A stretch of DNA of 64,000 nt from the human T2T-CHM13v2.0 reference genome, Homo sapiens, in the NCBI RefSeq assembly GCF_009914755.1, contig NC_060932.1, one strand, 5' to 3'. Position numbers and translations under genes: made by a program. Of this stretch, positions 12,671 to 26,480 are shown one piece after another (within the stretch, counting starts at the first letter, position 1; each line of letters begins with the position of its first letter). The notes beneath the pieces are model-generated. The model saw nothing but the letters and a program-made list of their open reading frames with translations, did no database searches and was not told where the DNA came from.

Positions 12671-13383
12671 TATTCTCATCTCATTTTATATGCTAGGTTA
12701 ACTAGGATTTGATTATTTACAAATATGGCCCTTTCGTTTTATATACATTGTTATATTTTCTGCCTAATAAAACATATGTTGTTACTTCCAAATATCTTCA
12801 AAACCCATGGCCACAGGTACTGTTCTCGATATGCAATTACTGAATATTTACAAATGTGGCTCCAGTCAGCTAAAGAGAAAAATGTAATGATTTCCAGGGT
12901 CCACCCCTCTAATAGCTGTTGTCTTTAGTTTTTCAAGGTCAAATAAATGAATCGTGATGAGGAAGGCCACGTGTCTAGAAACCAACTGCATGAAACCCTT
13001 TTCTGTTCAGGATTTAAGCAGTGATCTATTTAAGTTTGAATTAGACAGGATTCCAAAAGGTATTATAACCTGAAAATATTACACAGCCCCCCTCTAACAC
13101 ATATACCACATATGCAAAGGGAAAGCCACTGTAGCTATTTTACTCGGAAGTTTTATCTTTTCAATATTCTTTGACTTCTAATGCAAGTATGTTACTTGAA
13201 GGAATAAATATAGTGTATATTTGGGTCTGAATATTAGCACTAGTTATCAATAAAGAGCACAAGTGGGAAATCCATGATGTCAAGTAATCTATCTTTGTAA
13301 ATCTACCTTAACAACCTAGTCTGAGAAGGTGATAAAAGTAGCATCATAAATTCCCATCAGTTTAGCAAATAAATGCTGAACAT

Positions 13384-13786
13384 TGTGTTAGTTTACTAGG
13401 GCTTCCATAACAAAGTAGCAGAGACTGGGTGGTTTAAACAGCAGAACCTTAACTTTCTCATAGTTCTGGAGGCTGGATGGCCAAGATCAAGGTGTTGCCA
13501 GGTTTGATTCTTCTGAGGCCTGTCTCCTTGGCTTGCAGATGGCCACATTTTTGTTGTGTCCTCACTTGGCCTTTCCTGTGGGTGCATGCCTCCCTGTTTT
13601 CTCAATCTCCTCTTCTTAACATATGTGTACACCAGTCTTATTGGATTAAGGCCCACCCATAAGACCTCATTTTACTTTTATTACCTCTTTAAAGGCCCTT
13701 TCTCCAAATGCAGACATATTCTGGAGTACTGAGGGTTAGGACTTCAACACATGACCTTTGTAGGGGATACAATTCAGTTCATAACA
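13384..13786 (-). mobile_element. MLT1B-like MaLR solo LTR
   Basis: TGTGTTAGTTT...CATAACAAAGTA...GTTCTGGAGGCTGG...GATTAAGGCCCACCC...GGGTTAGGACTTCAAC...ACAATTCAGTTCATAACA with TG...CA ends. Confidence 0.88.
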
Positions 13787-14471
13787 TGTATGAATTATTC
13801 TTCTAAGCACTGTGGGAAATACTAAGAGTATAGATCACAGTTCTGGTTTTCAAGTAGTTTACCATTCTATGTGGGACCAAGTAAAATAGCCACAGCTTGA
13901 GTGCATGGGTGATCTGGAGGTAACTTCAGCCTTCCTCGTGGTACCTAAAGTCAGGTGACCTCATTTGAGTAGCTGGGAAAGTGTTCTTTGCTCAGTCACT
14001 CAAAAGCTCCTTATTTTAAGAGGGAACTTTTCTTATTAGAAAATGTAATTATTTCATCAAGGCTATATACACGAGACACTGAAAAAACAGTTTAGTGAGA
14101 GCATATGATTAAGGACTGAATTAGTGCTAAAAGTAAATTCAATTAGAGGACAATATGAATTCCGTTTTTCAAGTGAGAGGTATGAGGTGTCTCTAGAAAC
14201 AGTAATTGATGATGCACTTTGAGGAATAGTTAGGAATGAAGAGAAAGATTTTAGAACTATCTGAGTGGAGGTGATATGTGATAGTTGAAATGAAAATGGA
14301 TTTCTCTGGGAATAAGGAATTGTGGGCAGCAAAGAGATTGTGGCGCGACATTTAATCATGAGGCATGCTGAACATGAGTGAGTCAAAGGAAGGCACACCA
14401 GTGAGGAAGTTGAAAGTTGTGTAGCTTTATGAAAACTGAGGCAGAGATTATCATGCACCAAAGCCCCATCC

Positions 14472-15405
14472 TTGAATAGACATTTCTCAAAAGAAGAAAT
14501 GCAAATGGCCAAAGGTATATGAAAAATGCTCAATGTTACATAATCATCAGGAAATGCAGATCAAAACCACAATGAGATATCACCTCACCTATTAAGATAA
14601 CTATAGCAAAAAGACCAAAAAGATAAGTGCTGGCCAGAGTGTGGAGAAAAGGGAACTCTTGTGTGCTTTTAGTGAGAATGTAGATTAGTACAGCCATTAT
14701 AGAAAACAGTATGGAGATTACCCAAAAAATTAAAAATAGAACTTTCATATGATCCAACAATCCCACTTTGGGAATTCAAAGGAAATTAAACCAGTATCTC
14801 AAAGAGATATCTGTACTTCCACATTCATTGCAGCATTATTTACAATAGCCAAAATATGGAAACAACCTAAGTGTCCATCAATGGATGAATAAAGAAAATG
14901 TTATATATATAACATTATATATATGAAGTATGTTATATATTATGCTGTATATAATATACATTGTTATATATCAATGAAATATTATTCAGCCTTAGAAAAA
15001 GAAGGAAATCTTGGCATGTGAGACACCATGGATGAACCTGGAGGGCATTATGCTGTGTGAAAGTAACCAAGCACAGAGACACAAATACTACATTATATTA
15101 CTTATATGTATAATCTAAAAAAGTCAAAGCTGGAAGCAGAGAGTAGAATCATGGTTGCTTGGGAATGGGAATGGACAAAATGGGGAGATGTTGGTCAAAG
15201 GTACAGTGTTTCAGTTATGATGGGTGAATAAGTTTGGAAGATCTAATATACTCAGCACAGTGATTATAGTTAATAATACTGTATCAGATACTTGAAATTT
15301 GCTAAGACAGCAGGTCTTAAATATATTCACCAACCCCCACCCCCCAGGAAACTGTGTGAGGTAATGGGTATTTTAATTACCTTGACTGTGATAATCATTT
15401 CATAA

Positions 15406-15447
<42 letters not shown>

Positions 15448-15515
15448 GAAACATTGCATTGTACACTATACATGTATACAATTTTTATGTGTCATACCTC
15501 GATTAGGGAAAAAAA
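14472..15515 (+). mobile_element. L1 (L1MA7-9-like) 3' fragment
   Basis: TGAATAGACATTTCTCAAAAGAAG...AAAACCACAATGAGATATCACCTC...CTTGAAATTTGCTAAGA; contains internal TA-rich and (GT)n(AT)n expansions. Confidence 0.92.
15406..15447. repeat. Compound (TG)n(TA)n microsatellite inside L1
   Basis: Direct reading of sequence. Confidence 0.9.
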
Positions 15516-16239
15516 GTTTCATCAAAGGGAAATTAGGGAAAAAAGTTTCATCAAAGTAGAAATTGCAGTTCGCTCTTTGAAGAAGTTAGAAATGCATTTA
15601 ACTTGTTAGGGGGTTATTAGGAGGGAAGATCTTTAGCTGCAGAGTTCTATTAGCAATAGTAAAGAACGGATCAAAGCCACCGTTTTTCTGTCAAAAATTT
15701 GAGTTTTCTTCATGGGCTGTTTGGTACACATATCGGATTATGATACTCTATAAGTAACACAAGATTGATCGGCTATATGAAGCTCTTTTCTGTAGAGTAT
15801 TAAATTGTGAAATCAGTAATAAAAGTCTGTGTGTTAAAAATCGTTAGCACAGAAACAAAAATTTTAGTGTTTGAAATTTTTTAATTTCATTGACAAACTA
15901 CCATTTTTCTCTTTAAATCCGATTTTTCTTTGTGTCTAAGTATATCGGATGTACTGGCAGATTAGAAACATTATCATGAGTAATCCTTCTCCCCTCAAAA
16001 TATGATTGGTACCTTTTTTAGACCTACTCTCAGCTTCACTGTGTCTGGTAATTTTTTTTTAACTAATCAGTAAATAGCCCTACTGTTAGGTCTGTGATGG
16101 TTCTTAATGCCCTCGGAAGGAGCGTAAGCTTTCTGGGAGGGTTTTAAGCTTCTCAAGAATAGAGAAACTTGGAAGGGCCTGGGAGCTGGCAGGCAGGTGA
16201 CCTGCCTATAATTCCTGCCCTGCCTTTTGAGCTCATCCC

Positions 16240-16360
16240 ACACTTTTCTTGCTTGAGCCTCAGTTTCCTCATCTATATATCATCTATAGAAATGATGCCA
16301 AATTTTTTACCCTAATTAATAAAATGATTGACAGAACCACTTAGGCTAGTGTTACTCAAA
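16240..16360 (+). mobile_element. MIR core fragment
   Basis: TGAGCCTCAGTTTCCTCATCTATA. Confidence 0.7.
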
Positions 16361-16734
16361 TGCATTATTATAATTACTTCCTATTTAAAATGTTTAAGTT
16401 TAAAAATTTGGGAAGTTTTAAATCAGGGGTCACAAACAAAGCGGAAACTTTCCTTTTGTGATATAAGAGACTTCTTTAACTCAGGTACCTGGGAGTAGCA
16501 GCTCTGTCTAGGAAGCCAGGGTAAAATAGATGAATAAGGAAGGAGACATTTTAGCTGGAAGACTGTATTGGCTGCATGAGGCTCTCATCCCTTTGGGAGT
16601 TAGGCGAAGGCTGTACTTTAGTTTTAAATTGGAGAGGCTTTGTATATGTACACATGCATACACACATTTAATAATAATAAAAACATTTAAAAAGATTTAA
16701 CAAATATTGCATAAACATCCCACTCCTCCACCAA

Positions 16735-16766
<32 letters not shown>

Positions 16767-16842
16767 ACTATGCATGCGAGATATTACAAGAAGCCTATTT
16801 TTAGGAGGTATTGTCTTGCTGATATTCCCTGATGTCCAACAG

Positions 16843-16886
16843 ATGCATGTGCAATTTTCAAAGCATTGCTGCCGGTTGAACAAAAC
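16843..16886 (+). other. Candidate 44-nt cryptic or poison exon (unverified)
   Basis: GCTGAT branch-like motif, TTCCCTGATGTCCAACAG| acceptor, AAC|GTAAGT donor. Confidence 0.25.
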
Positions 16887-16987
16887 GTAAGTGCTGGTTT
16901 TTTGTAACCTCCCTTTCTGTGGCCACTTTGTGGCCCCGGTTATGAAAGCTTTTTAGTTTTACTTTGATGTGCCGTAAAAAACACAAA

Positions 16988-17160
16988 TTTAGAATCAGAC
17001 ATATCTAGACTCAGATACTAGCTTTGCATCCTACACTCTAAAAGCTTCCTTTTGTTGGAAAGAAAATGGGGATGGGAACATCTAACTCTAATTGTTATTG
17101 TGAGTGTCACCTTTTATAAACTGAGCCACTACAGGGCAATATTTTCAATAAATGATGGCT
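16988..17160 (+). mobile_element. MIR relic
   Basis: TTTAGAATCAGACATATCTAG...AAAATGGGGATG...TCAATAAATGATGGCT. Confidence 0.6.
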
Positions 17161-17174
17161 TCTTTTTTGTAACT

Positions 17175-17343
17175 CAGTGGCCCTTATGCCAAATTTAGAA
17201 TTACCTGGGAGTTTTAAAAAATTTTAGTACTCTGATTGAAGACCCTAGACTTAGGTTCACCTGAGCCTAGGATGGAGCTGGAAATCTATGTGTTAGAAGT
17301 CCCTCAGTTTGTTTTACAGTGCTATCAGGTGGGAACCAGTGCT
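17175..17343. mobile_element. MER5-like hAT-Charlie relic
   Basis: TTAGAATTACCTGGGAGTTTTAAAAA...GAAATCTATGTGTT...GGGAACCAGTG. Confidence 0.6.
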
Positions 17344-18639
17344 GTAATACCATCAGATAAATGAAAAACATGACAAAGTAGATTTGGCATTCAAGTATAG
17401 TGTTCTAACACCTCTTCATCCCCAACTACATGTGTATGTGTACATGTGTGGGTGTGTTCCAATACAATGACTATTTCTGAATAGGTAGCTATCATTATTT
17501 GCTCAGGATACTGCTTCTATGTATTTTTCATTTCGTATTTACTCCTCTTTGGCTGACAACCTATGTAGTGTGATTATGAATTAATGTAGCTACTTTTCTC
17601 ATATGGAAAACTCACACAAAGGCAAAAGTAGTTATTAAAGAGGACTAGTGACAGCATCACTGGAATTAAATGTGTGCCTCTGAAGCTGATTGCTTTGGAT
17701 TGACAGTACACAGCTCAAGGTAGATATTCTGATGTTTTTGAAATGCACCCTACTTCTTTATATGCTGTCTAGTCTTGTGGCTTCAGAATTACACAAGCTT
17801 AATAATAAATATGCATATATATATGTGTGTATGTGTATATATATATGTATATTCTTAATTACTTTTCAAATTATTTAAATTAATTTTACCGAGCCTCTGT
17901 ATTGACAGCTGATAAATCTTTAAATCCTGTATTTAATATTTTAATAAATAATGTTTAATACATTATAGATTTCTCAAATTGGATTTTTTTTTTCTAAGCA
18001 ACTCCTTATATCACCACAGGACCAGTAGTGCTAGTACCAGCACGAGTTGCTTCTCACTTAATTAGTGGGTCATTCATAAAAACAATACTTCATTGGCTTA
18101 AAAAAAAAGCTATTGTGATGTAATAAATATGTACAGGCGCTTATTCAAGAGTCAAAATAGAAATAAAGTATAAATCGCCTGCTCTTCTGGATCATTCCCT
18201 CTACCAGTGCGGAAAATTCAGGAATGTTCATAATATACAGTGTTTTATTTTATACATTGGCACAATCCATGCTGTAAGGTCACGAGCCACGGAAAGCTTA
18301 TTGTATAGTTTGCTGAACATTTTTTATTATATTTTATTTTCACCAACTTAATTTTTCAGCAAGGCTCTATGCCATTCATGCTTGTACAAGAGGCAAATAC
18401 ACATGGATTATTCATTTCACTCTGTTTCCATAAATTGCATCATTTAGCATCAGTGTCATGTCATAGCTAGCTCTGTGTACCTAGTGTGTGCTCTCGGCAT
18501 TGATGTATGAATGACTAGCATAATCTCCCTATTGCTTATATAATTATAGTGAATAATAATGCAGTTTTCTATAATGTTTAAATATTGGCTAGTTTCTTAA
18601 TACTTTTTTATTATTTTATGATCACCAATAAAAAACATC

Positions 18640-18830
18640 GCCAATTCCTGAATACCAACTGTGTGCAGATATTGTGTGGTCACTGTCTTTATATAATCCC
18701 TGAAAGATCAGTGTGATCCCCATTTTACAGATGGAACTGAAAAATTAGGTCACTTGCTCATATCTGTCATCAAGTGGCAGAGCAGAGATTTGAAAATATA
18801 TATCTCTGACTGTACCTGACCTCTTTCTTG
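18640..18830 (-). mobile_element. MIR
   Basis: ATCCCCATTTTACAGATGGAACTGA...AAGTGGCAGAGCAGAGATTTGAA. Confidence 0.75.
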
Positions 18831-19454
18831 CATACCTTTCTCGTACATCATCATAACTCCTACCACAAGATTGCTGTTACTTAAAGATCATAAGAATTAG
18901 AGTTCCTGAAGCCCCTTAGTTAATACTTTAACAACTGGTCTTCATTTGAAATGCACAACTACTAGCTTTCCACTCGCAGCTTGGACTGGGGCCTAGAATG
19001 GTCTATTGAATGTTTGGTTGTTTAAATGACTGCAGCAACTTGCCCATCTTCTCCATCAAGCTACTGAATAGTAATGTAATTAGATCCAGCACTTAGATTT
19101 TGCTTCCTCCCATAATATTTTTTATCATTTGGTGATTAGATTACAATGTCAATGATTAGCATGTAGTTTCCCCAATCTAAGCAGTAAGAAGCTCTCTGTT
19201 CTATGTTTGAAAATGGCTGTAAGGTTAATCCACTAACTGCATGTACCTTGATCCAAAATTATATACTGATGAATGGTGATGAATTCCATGAAATTCAGGA
19301 AACTGCCTTGTTGGCTGACAGCAAGATGTGTTATGATTTTATATAGCTGTGTATAAATGTTTGCAGTCAATCAGAACCATGGGAAAACAGATTTAGAATT
19401 ATAGAAAATACATGAACCTGGAAAATTAACCCTAGGGAAAAATCTGTGGAGACA

Positions 19455-19695
19455 TAATAATAATAGTAATAATAATAAAACATTATCAAAAATTTATTTG
19501 GTACTTGTATACTGCCAAGCAATATTATAAGCACATTGCACGAATTGTATCGCCTTTAATAGTTACAATAACCAAGGAAGAAATTGAGGCATAAGGAAGG
19601 TAAGTCCAAGGTCACAGAACAGAAAATTCACTATTGCAACTCAGGCAGTTTTAGTTCAAATTTTGTGTTCTTAACAATTGTGAATTCTGCCTCTT
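19455..19695 (-). mobile_element. MIR
   Basis: (AAT)n lead-in, GAAGAAATTGAGGCATA...GTCCAAGGTCACAGAACAG. Confidence 0.7.
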
Positions 19696-20693
19696 AGCTC
19701 TTCTGAGTATAAAATGGATGAAAATGCAGTTGAGTATAAGATGCAGATTTAATTTACATAAAGTTTCATAGCAGAGGTTAATAATTCTGAATATACATTT
19801 TGTGTAAAACATATTTTCTATGAATTACATCACTGTAGTGTTTTTTGACAAATAAATGGAAATTCCATTTATTTTACACTGTATATTTTTAACATAAAAG
19901 TGGTATTCTAGCTTTCTCCCTTACCATAAATTATATTATCATTTATTTACCTACGTTTGTATTTTCAAAATCATGCTTAATAGTTGATACCGTCCTCATG
20001 ACGCCTTCATTTTTTTTCTGGGGAGATATGATTTTCTCAGTGTTTATTTTAAAAAATTATTCATAGAGACATGTAATAAGTAACATGAAATCACCAGCAA
20101 GTGTATCCCAGGCTTAAAATGAGAACACACATTGATCTCTGAAGACACAAAGCACAAAGGTTATTGCTTCATCTAAATTTTGATGAAATAATTTCAGAAT
20201 TCAGGAAACAAGACTTGATAGGAATATCTGGAGCTGTAGGTGAAGTACAGGCAGTATAAGTGAGGTAAAGCAAATGTGAGCAATGTATAAATAGAAATCT
20301 TTCCATTGAAAAACAAGACTGATAATTTCAATATTTCCCTAAAAATATGCTCTATGAGTTTATGAATATATACTTGAAAAAGATCAGTATTCTCTTAGGC
20401 ATGCTTTTCTTCAATTACCTTTGCATGTCTGAAACAAGCTGTTTTATTGGCAGTTTTTATCTTAAAAAAATTTTTAAGAAGATTTAGATAAATAACAGAA
20501 ATGACAGTTCAGTCATAAATAAGTAATACAATAAAAAGTTATCTCCTTACATAAATGTACCAAACAAATGAGATTTTTTGAATCATTAGAAATTATTCTT
20601 TATAACATGCCTAATGAATTATCATTGTTCTCTTTTTTTACATTCTGGAAAATTCTCAGAGTATATAGATACAATAGATAACTGTCTTACTTA

Positions 20694-21054
<361 letters not shown>

Positions 21055-22489
21055 AATAGAAATTTTCTGCAAATAGTAAAAGTTTGTTTTATGTTTAATT
21101 ATTTTGAAAACATGCATCACATTTTATTTTTAAAATTCTTATCTTTTAAAATATATTGTATTTGGAATAGATTAGCTTTTCTTCTCAAAAGGAAATTGTG
21201 TGTGTGTATATATGTGTCTCTTTTTGGTTCAAGATGAAAGTAATCACAACACTAACACAAAATACATGCTACAGAATATGTGTTACATAAATCCCACTTT
21301 GAAAACAAATCCCTGAAATGAATTTCATGTATTTCCATTAATTACAGAGAAGTATTACAATGACATATTTATATTTCGGTTCTGTCCTAAGAATATATGT
21401 TCGAATGCTCAATTGACATACATACATATTGGAAGTTATGTATGCAATAACGATCAATCTATGTATTGTGAATTCCCTCAATGTGCCTTATTACTATAAG
21501 AGTGACATTTCAATGATACATTTTATTGAACTTTTTCATTGATATTATTGGAATTTGAATGAAGAAAATGTGAACAGAGTTTAAGGATTATTAAAGTTCC
21601 TCTAATTTTATTTCTAAAGTATTAGCACATTATTTGGTTTTATCTTTAGCTAATTTTCTCTGCTATGGCTGTGGTTCATTATTGTTATCAATTGCCACAA
21701 CCTGTATCTAGTACTTTAGGCCAATTATTTATAGAATATACTTAATTAGGTCAAATTACCTTAGGTTGTTAGGTTGTTACCTTGGGTGGAAAAGATAAGA
21801 CAAGGTAATTAGGCAGCTTGTAAGTGAACTCTGAGTAATGAAAATTGATAAGTTGCATATAAGGAATTGGTATCATTTCATATACATATAATAAGAAATA
21901 GAATTGTGGATTTTCTTATGGTCAAACTATTTCTGATAATTAGATGGATTTATATAGCCTGGGATGGAATGAGTCTGTGATTTATCAAATGAGTCTTTAT
22001 GCTTTATCAAATTTAAATAAACTAAGTAGAGAATATATAATATTTGCATATATATTCATATTTGGCATAAATAAAATTACATATTTACTAAAAATTCTAT
22101 TTACCTAAATACTTCTAAAATGTGCAATAATGACTTATTTTGCCCTTTTAGTTATATGTTAAATTTTTCAAATACTGTGAGAGGCAATTTAATATCATTT
22201 ACTGTAATATCCTTGATAACATTAATATACCTAACTGGCAAGAGTTAGTTGAGACATTTTTACTGAATTGTATATTAACCCTCTTCAGTGCTACTCGAAG
22301 TGTAGTCTATTCACTATATCACTGTCATGTTACCAGTGTCTGTTACAGATTTGTTGGGAGACAGAAAATAGGAATTAGCATTTAAGACCATTTATGCCAA
22401 ACAACAGAGTAATTTTTACCTATTGCGTTTAATAAATATTTTGGATTTTTTTGTGTGTTACATTTTGTATCATTTTTCTAGTAATTAAC

Positions 22490-22762
<273 letters not shown>

Positions 22763-24023
22763 TGATTTATCTGATTCATGATTCAAAAAGTTCAATACTA
22801 CAACCAAAATATAGTACACATTTTAATATCATCATTGTAACAGGAAAAAACTGTCATATTTGAGTAAATGTCATAGCCATAATGATTTTTGACATATAAA
22901 ATGCAAAAATTGGCATTATGATTCAAATATGGAAACATTTTATTGAAATGGCCATCAGCACTAAAATGTGTTCTTTCTGTTTATAAAGAAAATATTTTAT
23001 ACCTTACCATTTATTGATTCTGAATAATGTAAAAATTCTTATATTTAAAAGTTTATTCATTTAAAAGCAATGTATTATGCATTATATTTATATATGGATA
23101 TAAATGCATATCTATTCATAAATATACATTTATTTATGCATAAGGTTTTTTTTTTTAATCCCAGGCCATATTTTTTAAATTGACCTCCTCTGCAATTTAC
23201 ATCTTCATTTTTCTATCTGTAGCTGCTTCTCTCTTTCCTGCCAATTTACTTCCTTGTCATATTAACAGTAGCTTGTTAATCTTAAATTCATAAGCCAGTC
23301 AATACTTTATTTTCTAATTCGGAGGTTTGGTTGGCTTTAGTGATTTCTGGGTCACACTGCCTATACTAATTGATCTGTCTGTAAAGTGCACAAAGAAGAA
23401 CACAGAAAGAGGATCTTTAAAGAACATTAAATAAATGATACTTTTTGATAAGTAATGCGTACGCATGGCAAACAACAACGAATGCTACAAAAAGGGATAA
23501 AATAAAATGTGTGTCTCCCTTCTCATCACTGTACATACTCCCTGGAAGAAACTATGGCCAGCTACTTTTATGAGAAAATATAATATTCTCAAAATTTATA
23601 GTCCCAGAGTAACATTTGACAATAAATGATAACTTCAGTAAACAATGCCACATTTTGCACTTATCATATATTAAGGCACATGACCTCTTTTCAGTATGCT
23701 GTGACCCAGGGCTGTAATTATCTCTGTTGTACAGATAAGAAAACAGCTTTATAGATTGAAGATTTTGCAGGGATTTCAGATCCTAATTTTGAGACTTGAC
23801 ATATACAGATATTTCTGCTATGATGTATACATTTCAAATGTTTTGCAAAATTATACACTAAAATTTTGAAGGTTAACAGAAAAAAATGGACATTCAGTTA
23901 TACCACCATAAGCCTATGTAGCAAGATCATGAAGAAATATAATATTATTTTAATAAAAGTCTCAGCAGAGTTAAGAGATGTAACATTTTTAATAGGGAAG
24001 TTATAAGAGACAACCTTTAAAAA

Positions 24024-24200
24024 TTTTTTAGAAATACATTTTATTGTGTATACTTAAGGTATGCAACAAGATGTTATGGGCTATGTATAGTTAGTAAAAT
24101 ATTTACTACAGTGAGCAAATTAACATATTCATCATCTCACATAGTTTCTCTGTTTTGTGTGCGTGTGGCAAGAATAGCTAAAACTCAGTCATTTAGCAGA
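24024..24200 (-). mobile_element. L1MA-type extreme 3' fragment
   Basis: TTTTATTGTGTATACTTAAGGTATGCAACA...CAAATTAACATATTCATCATCTCACATAGTT. Confidence 0.8.
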
Positions 24201-24252
24201 GGTCCCTGATGCAGACTCTTCACTTCTTGGGAAATATTAAGTAAGTGTCCAC

Positions 24253-24452
24253 CAATGCTATCCAACAGAATTTTCTTCACTGAGGGAAATGTTCTGTATC
24301 TGCTATTTAGTACAGTAGTCACATGTGGCTAATGATCACTTGAAATGTGACTACTGTGACTAAAAAATGGAATTTTAAATTTTATTTAATTTTAATCTAT
24401 TTACATTTAAACAGCTACATATGGCCAGTGGCTACCAAATTGGAAATAGCAG
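24253..24452 (+). mobile_element. MER3 (hAT-Charlie relic)
   Basis: TGCTATCCAACAGAATTTTCT...GGAAATGTTCTGTATCTG...CACATGTGGCTA...CACTTGAAATGTGACT...GTGGCTACC. Confidence 0.88.
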
Positions 24453-25494
24453 GTGTAAACCAATTGATTTCCACTTTGTGCTGACATCATTTCCCTATTT
24501 GCTCATCCATATGAGCTAATTCACGTGCTAGATAGAGGTGGTGTATAACCAGTATGCTCTGTTCCTTTCCTGAGATAAAATTGGAACTAGCTTACATCTA
24601 TATGCTGCTAGCATAGATCAACTTTGTAATGACAACACAAAGGGTTATAATAGGTTATAACCCTTTTAAATAGAAGCCTGCTCATCCCTGAACACAGCTT
24701 AGCCTCTGAGCTTGTGCAAACTTTCTGTATCATTAATATGTAAATCTTACCCTCAGTAGGTAAGCTCTTTCAAAACTGTGATCCACTTAGTATGTCCTTA
24801 TTTCCCTGTGAATAATCTTACCAGACAAGCACATTTTGCATTTTAATTTGCTGTGTGAGTTTAGTTTCTAGAAACTACTAAGCCATTTAATGTCAATATG
24901 TTTTATTAGTCAAAAAGAATGATTATGATTTCCAAAATAAAAATTGTCTAGCAAATACATATTAAAATGAATTTTGTAAACATATATTAAAATATTTTAA
25001 ATACACTCAATATTAAATATATTTGAACTATATTATTTTTCATTTTGTATGTGCACCTAGACTATCTTAAATAAAATAGCCGTCAGAAGAGGATGACAAG
25101 TTGTGCAATGTTAAAAAGCTGGAGTGTATTTAACACTACAAGGTTAGACACTATAGTGTTACACAGAAAGGAAAATAATTATGAATTAAAGTTGGAAACG
25201 TAAGGTTTTTATACCACTCATATATACGATTTTTTAAAGGCTTGTGGGACATGGTCCATATGTAGTGGGAATTCTCAAATCCACCTGAAAAGCAGAATGC
25301 ATGAAGATTTACAATAGATCATCCTTGGAATTACTTTGTCTCACTACCTGTTTTCTCATTAAAATGGTTGCCTTTAATATGATCTGCATAACTAGGCTGT
25401 AAAATGATGATTGAAGATAAAACTAGGAGCCTAATAGAATTTCCCACAAACTAGTTCTCCTCATTGACCCAATAGTTTTAAGTATTGTTTTAAG

Positions 25495-25622
25495 ATGTTT
25501 TCTTTTTTAAAAACATACATGTGAAATGGCTATTATCAAGCTCATTAACATATCCTCTACCTCACATACTTACATTTTTGTGGTGAGAACATTTAAGATT
25601 TTTTTTCTTAGCATTTTCAAGT
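25495..25622 (-). mobile_element. L1MA-type 3' fragment
   Basis: GTGAAATGGCTA...ATTAACATATCCTCTACCTCACATACTTACATTTTTGTGGTGAGAACATTTAA. Confidence 0.75.
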
Positions 25623-26199
25623 GATTTGAAACTATTTTTACAATATGTTTTAACATATTTTCTGAAAAAATATAAAGTCTTTAGAAGAGATATTCTAGAA
25701 CATTTTACTTCACCATTTGTGGAAACTATGGATGAGTGGCAGCCATTGTTGGCAAGTAGAGAGACTAGTCATAGAAAATTTATTTAAGCCAATTTCCAAG
25801 TTAATATAGGTGAAATTATGATAGGATTTAAGTCTTTGTAGAGAGTAAGTGGAAGAAGTAACCTTATATAATTGCAGAGAAACTATCAGGGCCAGTTACA
25901 CTATCCCAGCAGAAATATTGCCCAAGTGATGTCTTGCAGAATGATGACTTCCTATATATCATCAAGCTGAAGATGCCATTGACAATAAGATACACCATTA
26001 TTTTCTTAAAAGGAAAAATGCTGTCAGTTCAACTGTGACATGCCTTCAATTGCAAAATATGGCCTGTGTTCAGAGCTGTTAAAATGTGATAAATATGTCC
26101 TTAAAATTACATGAAATAGGGTAATTTTTTTCACAGAGATTACTCTGGTGCAATATTTTTTGTAAATAATGCAGACTGATATCAGGAAAATCCTTCATT

Positions 26200-26480
26200 C
26201 TGTACAGGTCAGAACTCCAGTGAGGTTTCACTCCCTCTGAAGAGTGTTTCTAACTCCAACACTGATTGGAATTAGGTGCCTGTCCTGTGAGCTCCTACAA
26301 CACCTGTACACAGCTCCACTGAAGCTTACCTCAACAGTCAGTTTATTGATTTTCTGTACCTACCACAGGATTTCCAAAGCCCTGAGGGCATATGATAACC
26401 CTTTAAAAAATTGTACGATAGTGCCCAGCGTGTGGTTGGTGCTGAATGACTCCCATGAAGGAACAAATGGATGGATAATA
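26200..26480 (+). mobile_element. L2 3' end relic
   Basis: AAGCCCTGAGGGCA...ATAGTGCCCAGCGTGTGGTTGGTGCTGAATGA...AAATGGATGGA tail. Confidence 0.5.

Noticed and set aside
14063-14533. 156-aa minus-strand ORF
   Set aside because: Begins in antisense L1 and continues through purine-rich, L2-like degenerate DNA; Ser/Leu-rich composition typical of chance ORFs
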